In this document: piece after piece, positions 45,788 through 53,000 of the stretch
How positions within the stretch are numbered: position 1 is the stretch's first letter
Layout: each line of letters opens with the position of its first letter
DNA from: Takakia lepidozioides
Lineage: Eukaryota; Plantae; Bryophyta
Direction of reading: 5' to 3'
Length of the DNA: 53,000 nt
Assembly: GCA_030704615.1 (NCBI GenBank)
Contig: JAKLZA010000280.1
Span: 1-53,000 of the forward strand
Notes under the pieces: generated by a model
The model's input: only the letters and a program-made list of their open reading frames with translations
The model's database searches: none
What the model was told of the DNA's origin: nothing
Translations under genes and position numbers: made by a program

Positions 45788-48690
45788 GTTGTTTGAGAGG
45801 TATCTGCTGTGGTGTAGTGACAGCAACACCAACTGAAGAAGAAACCAGCATTTACCCATCACATTTCTATGAAGAAAGAGAAGGAGAAATAGAAATCTTA
45901 GAAGAACCAGCCACTGTGAGCTTATAGGATGAAGTGGTGACCGGTTGGACAATCACAGCTGATGAGCAGGTGAGAGAAGTAAATGTGGGAACTCAGGAGG
46001 AACCGAGGATGGTGAAAGTAGGAGCTGATTTGGAGCCGGAATTCTTCGAAGAAACAAAAAGCTTGTTCATCAAATACAGAGATGTATTTGCTTGGAGCTA
46101 TGAGGATCTAAAAGGGATACCACCTGAAGTCTGTCAGCATAAAATTGAACTGGAACCAGGGTCAGTACCAATCAAGCAGGCGAGGTATAGAATGAATCCC
46201 AACTACGCACAGAAGGTTGGAGAAGAGATAAAGAAGTTGGCTGAGGCTAAGTTTATATACCCAATAGAATATATAACTTGGTTGTCACCCATTGTTATAG
46301 TTCCCAAGAAGAATGGCAAACTAAGAGTATGTGTGAACTATAAGAAGCTGAATGCTTGTACGAAGAAAGATCCTTTCCCTTTGCCATTCACAGAAGCAAT
46401 ATTAGACACTGTGGCAGGCCATGAGATGTACTCATTCATGGATGGCTTCAGTGGTTATAATCAAGTGCAAGTGGCAGAAGAAGACCAAGGGAAAACAGCT
46501 TTCATCACAGACTGGGGGGCTTATGCATACAAAGTCATGCCCTTTGGACTTTGTAATGCACCAGCGACCTTTCAGAGAGTGATAAGTGAATCTTTTCAAG
46601 AGTATCTGGATGATTTCATGCAGGTGTTTTTGGATGATTTCAGTGTGTACAGCTCTAAGAATGAGCACTTGCATAAATTGGAGTTATGCCTGGCCAGATG
46701 CAGGATGAGAGGTCTGGGCTTGAATCCAGAGAAGTGTACTTTCTGTGTGAACTCAGGGGTGCTTCTGGGACACATAGTGTGTAAGAAGGGACTCCTTGTG
46801 GATCCCAGGAAGACAGAGTCCATTAAAGCCTCTCCACCACCAGTGAATGTTAAGAGTTTAAGGAGATTCCTTGGGCAAACCAGTTATTACAGAAGATTTG
46901 TCAAAAGGTATGCACAAATAGCAGCACCATTGAGCAAGCTTCTGAAGAAAGATGCAGTGTTTGCATGGACAGCTGAATGTCAACAGGCGTTTGAGGAACT
47001 TACATTGTCAGTAACAACTACACCTGTGCTGATTAACCCTCACTGGCATGTAGTATTTCATGTTCACTGCGATGCATCAGGAGAAGCGTTGGGAGCGGTG
47101 TTAGCCCAGAATGTTACAGGGAATATAGATTCACCTGTGTACTATGCTAGCCGGTTGATGAACAGTGCTGAGAGGAACTATAGCACAACGGAAAGAGAAG
47201 CATTGGCAATGATCTATGCAGTGAAGAAATTCAGGCATTACCTATTGGGAAGAAAGTTTATGTTTTATGTGGATCACCAGGCTCTGATATATCTGGTGAA
47301 CAAACCTTTGATAAGTGGAAGGATAGCGAGGTGGTTAATAATCTTGCATGAGTTTGAGTTCGAGGTTATTTACAAGCCTGGCCGTTTGCATCTTGTGGCA
47401 GATCATTTGTCACGACTAACAACAGGAGAGGCTGCCACAGGAGTGGAAGATCAGTTACCTGATGCGAGTTTATTTGTAATGGAGGTGCAAGGAAGTGCAG
47501 ATGAATGGTTAGATTGGCAGTGGCCAATCAGATACTACCTTGCTCATGGTCAGTGCCCACCTAGTTATGGTAAGGAGCAGAGGAAGAGAATCGCTATCAA
47601 AGCTTTACCTTATACTATGGTAGGAAGCAGAATGTATAAGTTAGGACCAGATGGGGTACTAAAACGATGCTTGTACCACCATGAAGTAAATAAAGTCTTG
47701 GAGGAAGTTCATAAAGGAGTGGCTGGAGGTCATTTTGGAGAAGAGAGTACCAGTAGAAAGATACTACTCGCAGGATACTGGTGGCCTACTTTGTTCAAAG
47801 ATGTACATGAGTATTGTCAGAAGTGTGATGAATGTCAGAGGCTAGGACCTTTGCAGAGATCTGGAAGAATGGCCTTGCATCCTACAATGCCTACGGAACC
47901 ATTTCAGAAATGGGGACTAAACTTTGTTGGACCAATTAATCCACCATCCAAGAATACACGAAACAGGTACATAATTACAGCCACTGATTATACTACAAAG
48001 TGGGTGGAAGCTAAAGCTTTGAGGGACAACACAGCCAAGTCCACAGCAAGGTTCCTGTACGAGAACATACTTACACGATTTGGATGTCCCTTAGAATTTA
48101 TCAGTGATCAAGGAAGTCACTTCATGAATGAGACCATTGAGTTATTGACTAAAGAGTTTATGATTGTGCATAGAAAGAGTACAACATATTACCCACAGGG
48201 TAATGGACAGGCAGAGGCTACCAACAAAATACTATGTACTATCTTGGCTAAGATAGTCAATGCAAACAGAACGGATTGGGATACAAAGCTGCTGACAGCT
48301 TTATGGTCATACAGGACTTCGTATAAAGTCACCACAAAGTATACACCATTCCAATTAGTTTATGGTATGGAAGCCTTACTTCCAGTGGAATTCCTGTTAC
48401 CTACCATGAGAACGGAGTGGGGAAAAAGAATGGAATTGCAAGACTCCATCAAAGTCAGGAAACATGAATTATACCATGTGGAAGAAATACGTGCTGATGC
48501 AGCTGATAATATGACCAGAATTCAGATGAAGAGAAAGGAACAGTTTGATGAAGGCAAGTTAAAGACTTTTAAGACGGGGGATTTGGTTCTATGGTTGCAG
48601 AAGAAAGGAAAGATTCAAGCTTCTAAGCTTAAATCACCATGGAAAGGACCTTATGTCATACAAAAGATGTATGATAACAACACAGCCATG
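45769..48690 (+). pseudogene. pol: pol RT-RNase H-integrase of A3, with a premature stop, a catalytic D>N change and 3' truncation
   Basis: 939-aa frame 45934..48753. CAG>TAG at 45925-45927. WGLNFVGP instead of WGLDFVGP at 47920. Confidence 0.93.
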
Positions 48691-49138
48691 CGCCGCATTC
48701 GCATTTTCGCTCCAACTCATCAGACGCTGGGACGGAAATACCTTGAAATGTGAACACGTGGAGCAACGGAATTGCTGCACATGTCGGCACTCTATCTGAC
48801 TGAAGGGGCATGAGGCGGCGCGGCCTGACTGTTCGATAATGATGTTTGTTTTTCGGACGGCAGGCCTACCCTCAACGATTCGAATTTCGTAATGACGCAA
48901 ACTCCCCGAGGAGACACTTTCGTCCAACCCTTTCGAACCCAAGTGGTGCATCACCGCCGTTTCATCTACTTTTGTAGTGTCTCCTCAGTCACCCCTCTCG
49001 CGCCCTTTCCATCTGCACTCTTTGGCCCTTTTTCCTCTCTCTGTTCTTCTTATGCTCGAACCTGAGAGGGGGGGAGTTCGTGCACCAGCCAGGAGACCTC
49101 GTCGCAAGCTCCGGAAATTATACTTCGGACGTAGGCCA

Positions 49139-52100
49139 ATGCCGAAGGGGAGGAAGCAGATGCGTCTACAGGAGGAGATTGCCATCTCCGAGCAGCAGGC
49201 CACTCAGGCAACCCAGCCACCAGTGAGAGCTCCATGCGATCGGGCTGCGCGCAGCTGATCGAGCACCGAACCCCCCATTTTGCTTCTGTAATTCTTAGAC
49301 TGAATGCTAGGAGACTTGAATGCAGAACATGTTTGCATGCCTAACAGGAAAGGTGGACGTGCTGGAGGGATCGCAGGAATCCGAAGAGCCGCAGGAAGAG
49401 TCCGAGGAGCTAGCTGCAGCACGTACACCCACCCGATCCCCGAGCGCGGGTATTCCTGCCGGGCCTAGCCCTCTGCGATTCAAAGACGCGTCTTCGAAGG
49501 GCAAGTTCAAAGTCCCAGAGATCGACTCGCGTTCTTCGGTCATGGAGAATCGCCAGCAGGGGTCGGGCCCTTCTCCAGCAAAGTCGAAGAAGAAGCAGCC
49601 CATCCCTCTACTGGCTTCTGAACCGGCTCAGGCCGATTCACCCCCCCCAACGCGAATGAAGCAGCAGGGTAAAAGACAGATTCAATTGCAGCAGACACCT
49701 TCACCTGCAAGGATGAGGAAGCAGAAGGCAATCAGGGCGACGGGCGAACAATCTCCCGCAAAACCGCTTCCACGAGCTGAAGCTCAGTTCCTGGAGGATT
49801 TCCCGCCTGCAGATGTTGGGGCCGACTCTGCTGCAGCGAAGGCAATGGGATCGACCGTTGATCTCGATTTGGTACCGGAGGAGGGTGCTGCCGCTCAACT
49901 TTCGCAGCAAGACCTCACCACCGATGAGCAAGCAGGCCCGGAGAAGGCCTCTGCAATGGCAGAATTGCCCGCAGACAGGCCCCAGAGTGCAGCTCCAGTT
50001 GAGGATGCTCCAGCTGCTCAGCCACTACTGGCACCTACAGACATGTCTCCGGAGGATTTCAAAAGTGCAGCGGATAAAATGTTGGAGGAGACACACAGTA
50101 GCATTGGCAGAGTTCTGGGCAGCAGGGTATTCCAGCGGACTCTTCGAATCCCACTCTGTCGCATGGTCTCCCTTCCCATCGTCAGGCAGGCCCTTCCCGG
50201 AGATGTGGATAAGCTCAAGTTCGCATTTTGAGAAGGGTACCGTCTGGGATCGGCAGCGTTTTACGTTTCCATTGAGAATGAGGACGGCGAAACTCGTGGA
50301 CCCACTGCTGATGAATTGTCAACGTGGGATACCCACTGGCACACTCGCAACCACGAATTCGAGGCGACGCTGAAGGGTGATCCCGACTTCGGCCATATGT
50401 CGGGTAAAATGTTCTTTGTGTGGGACGGGAATCACCGACTTCTCGCCTGGTGGGAGTACATCAAGCAGAACCATGCCAAGCACATTGGCTGGCATTACAT
50501 GGTGGAGTGTGTCATCCTCAAGGTGAAGGCGGCAGACTCCTCCCTGCTCAAGAATGCCATGGCGGACCTCAACTCGTAAGATACTCATACCCTCCCTAGC
50601 ACGTTCGAAATGCGGTGCCGCATTTCGGTTTCCATTCTGGTTTGTTTCCGTGCTTCCGTGTACTGAACTGGAGAGTGTGCCTTGCAGGGTCACTGAAAAT
50701 GCGTACGTGCATACCCACATGGCACACATGCTGTACAGGGTGAGGAAAATTGGTCTCACTGATCCGCAGATGTTTGCGGAAATGCTGGAGCCCGAGCTCA
50801 TTCAGAAAGCCGTTGCAAAAACAGACCGGACATGGTATCGTCTCACTATGGATGGAATGGTGGAGGTGATATACGAAGTAAGTCGTCCTCCAATTTCCCT
50901 CTGCTCATCCTTCCCCAATTTTCAGTAATGTTTCCACATGAATCGAATGTAACGCTTCTGCATGTTTTTGTTGGCAGTCAAACATCAAGCTGGATTTGGC
51001 CCATGCCAAACGCTTCTTCATGGAAAGTGAGGGGCAGGTGAAAACGTTGCAGTCATTGACTGAGCACTTGAAGGAAGCCGGTGTCAAGTCCAGAACCAAA
51101 TACAAGTCAAAGCTTGTGAAGCTGGTGGCAATTGCAGATCCGACACTTGGAAAGGACTTCATCCCCGAGATTGCAAAACACTATTCTCGGGCCATGCAGC
51201 CGACCATGCAATTGGAGAAACTGCACTGCATCACTCTCAACGGCATGTGTGGAGACGAAAGAGAAGGTGAGGTTTCAATGCACTGAAGTTCCTTCCTAGC
51301 AATAGCCACTCTCTTCCAGCTCCTGACATTGGATCGGAAATGGAAGACACGGTGGCTGTCGATCTGGAATGCATCCGAGAGCATAAGGACAATGTGGTCT
51401 TTTCCACTCGAAGTTTCCGACCCTGCAGTGGATGTGTGGCTCAACCGCATGACTTGGTGGTTCCAGGTAATTCAAGGTACTTCCCCAGATTTGCTTTTCT
51501 GAAATGAATTCCCTGAACTGCTACGTGACAATGCATTTGGGAATCGCAGGTAATGTCGAATGCGAAGGAGCAAGTCGTAATGCACACAAATTTGTTCGGC
51601 TTGTACGTCAAATGGGATGGAACACAGACATTGGAAGACTACGTGACACGTTTCAGATGTGCGTACAAGGACAACCTTTTCGCCAGAGAGCTACAGACAG
51701 CAAGAAGGAGCATGGAGTTTACACATCAGGAGGGAGCGGGAAAGCTGCAATGCGAATTGTTTACAGGTGAAGCACAGCTGCCCTTGTATGCGAAGCCTGG
51801 TTACGAGGTTTGTCTCGGAAATGCGGCACCGCATTCGCATTTTATGTTTTCGGTGGCACTCTGCCAGTAGGTTGGTCTCAAGTTTTGCTCACGCATGCTG
51901 ACTGCCTTGCAGGTATATGAAATACGTGCTCCTTCAGACAGGGGCCCTGGCTCAAGAGCCCCCTTCTTCATGGCTTGGACCGTGGCGGGCCCAAGCTGTG
52001 TCTACACACCCGAGATGCAGAAACAATGGCATCCCGCGCATCTCGTTGGATGCCCGTGGTACCTGGACATGTCTGGCGGTATTGTTGACGAGTCTGAGAA

Positions 52101-53000
52101 AGATCTGCACGCCTTGGCAGAAGAGAAGAGAAAGGAAAGACGTGTCCCTGGTGGGCCAAAGTCGGCAAAGGAATCTGCTGCTCTGGAAGAATCCAGAAAG
52201 GCAGCTGAGATGGCACAAAAGACGGTGGATGCAGCTGTGCAGGCCCAACAGAAGGGGTCGAAGAAGAGGACTCGCCAGCAAGGAGCAGCTGTTGTGACAC
52301 CCGCCAAAACGAAGAAGCAGAAACAGCCTGTTCAGGAAGAGGGTGAGGAAGAGGACTCCGATGGAGACTTTGCAACCAGCCCACCCCCCCAAACGTAGGC
52401 TGCCTCCCCTGTGCCCACCGTTGTCACGAGAGGCACGAGAACTGGCTCGGCAAAGAAGGCACTCTTCAACCCCCAGGGGGGCACCCTTTCGAGCCGGTGG
52501 AAATGAAGAGGCCAAAAGTGGCTCCCGAAACAGTAGTCCAGTGTGTAAATGAGAGTTTCTTGGCGGCTTTGGATGGACGGGCAGCCAAGTTGGCATACCT
52601 GAAGACCATGGAGGGTCTGAAGGGCAGAGCACTGAAGAAGGCGACTGCCGAAGAGCCTTCCGACACCCCAGGATTTCAGAATATGGTCTCGTTCTTTGAG
52701 AGGGTGTGTGCAGACAAGGATTGTAGGAGGGGCGGAAATGCCACCGAGTGGTCTTGCGATATGATCATCTTGGATATTCCGGACGGAGAGCCTGTGGAAG
52801 GACTGCAAGCTTTGCCATCTTGGAACAGGTACTCGGAGGACTTTTGGAAGAAAGGATTCGGGCTTGCCCGCATGTGTTTGGACGACAGAGGCTGTGTGGT
52901 TGTCCTGGCGAGCAGAGGAAAAAAACACTCAGACAGGAATTGCGAAGTGGACCCGCAAGAGCGCCGTCCCGATTCTGAAAAAGAAGTGGACGTGCATCAA
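49139..53000 (+). pseudogene. Spliced pseudogene: disordered N-terminus, ParB/Sulfiredoxin-like domain, C-terminal N6A/N4C methyltransferase-like domain; runs off the window
   Basis: Inferred introns 49208-49310 (GC-AG), 50576-50687, 50878-50977, 51467-51549 and 51808-51912. Motifs FFVWDGNHRLLAW (~50412-50450) and CDMIILDIPDG...ARMCLDDRGCVVVL (~52755-52907, frame from ATG 52503). In-frame stops at 49317, 50229 and 52396. Confidence 0.7.
50606..50627. repeat. Intronic inverted repeat CGAAATGCGG-TG-CCGCATTTCG (related copies at 51820-51835 and a half copy at 48691-48706)
   Basis: Perfect 10-bp arms read directly. Confidence 0.85.

Larger units (their letters stand above)
41088..48690 (+). mobile_element. 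Ty3/Gypsy family A copy A3, tandem with A2, 3'-truncated in the integrase C-terminus
   Basis: Near-identical to the A2 internal region until CACAGCCATG (48690), then unrelated sequence. Confidence 0.94.

Noticed and set aside
48691-48760. A transposon terminus or TSD at the A3 truncation
   Set aside because: No recognisable TIR, LTR or Helitron end, and no matching flank in the window. It looks like a deletion junction.
51952-52928. Long minus-strand ORFs (226, 198 and 138 aa) and 50319..50801
   Set aside because: They are antisense shadows of GC-richer plus-strand exons. Splice signals and motifs support the plus strand.

Overview
Eukaryotic, transposon-only window with no intact host gene. 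A captured PLS-type PPR fragment and a tRNA-iMet PBS suggest a land plant, probably a fern or lycophyte (inference). (1) Family A is a ~12-13 kb non-chromovirus Ty3/Gypsy element (Athila/Phygy-like) with ~1.05 kb LTRs, an Arg-type PBS, an unknown upstream ORF0, gag-PR, RT-RH-INT and a long downstream accessory ORF. It occurs as A1 (minus, 346-13694, chimeric, no TSD), as A2 and A3 (plus, tandem with a shared LTR, 15497-48690), and as fragments of a sister subfamily (1-345, 13695-15496) into which the others inserted. (2) Family B (16541-30000, minus, 4-bp TSD AGAG) is a non-autonomous LTR element inserted in the A2 5' LTR. It has three 2.2-kb LTRs and two internal regions encoding a Gag-PPR fusion. 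Its termini look circularly permuted: the CA end is missing beside the PBS and appears instead as a CACACTACA-TA-TGTAGTGTG palindrome beside the PPT. This is what integration from a cleaved two-LTR circle would produce, and it is the main finding. (3) From 48691 there is a spliced pseudogene combining a ParB/Srx-like domain (WDGNHR) with a beta-class amino-methyltransferase-like domain, accompanied by a recurrent palindrome. Many frameshifts are 1-bp homopolymer indels and may be assembly errors. All domain calls are by motif recognition; no searches were run.
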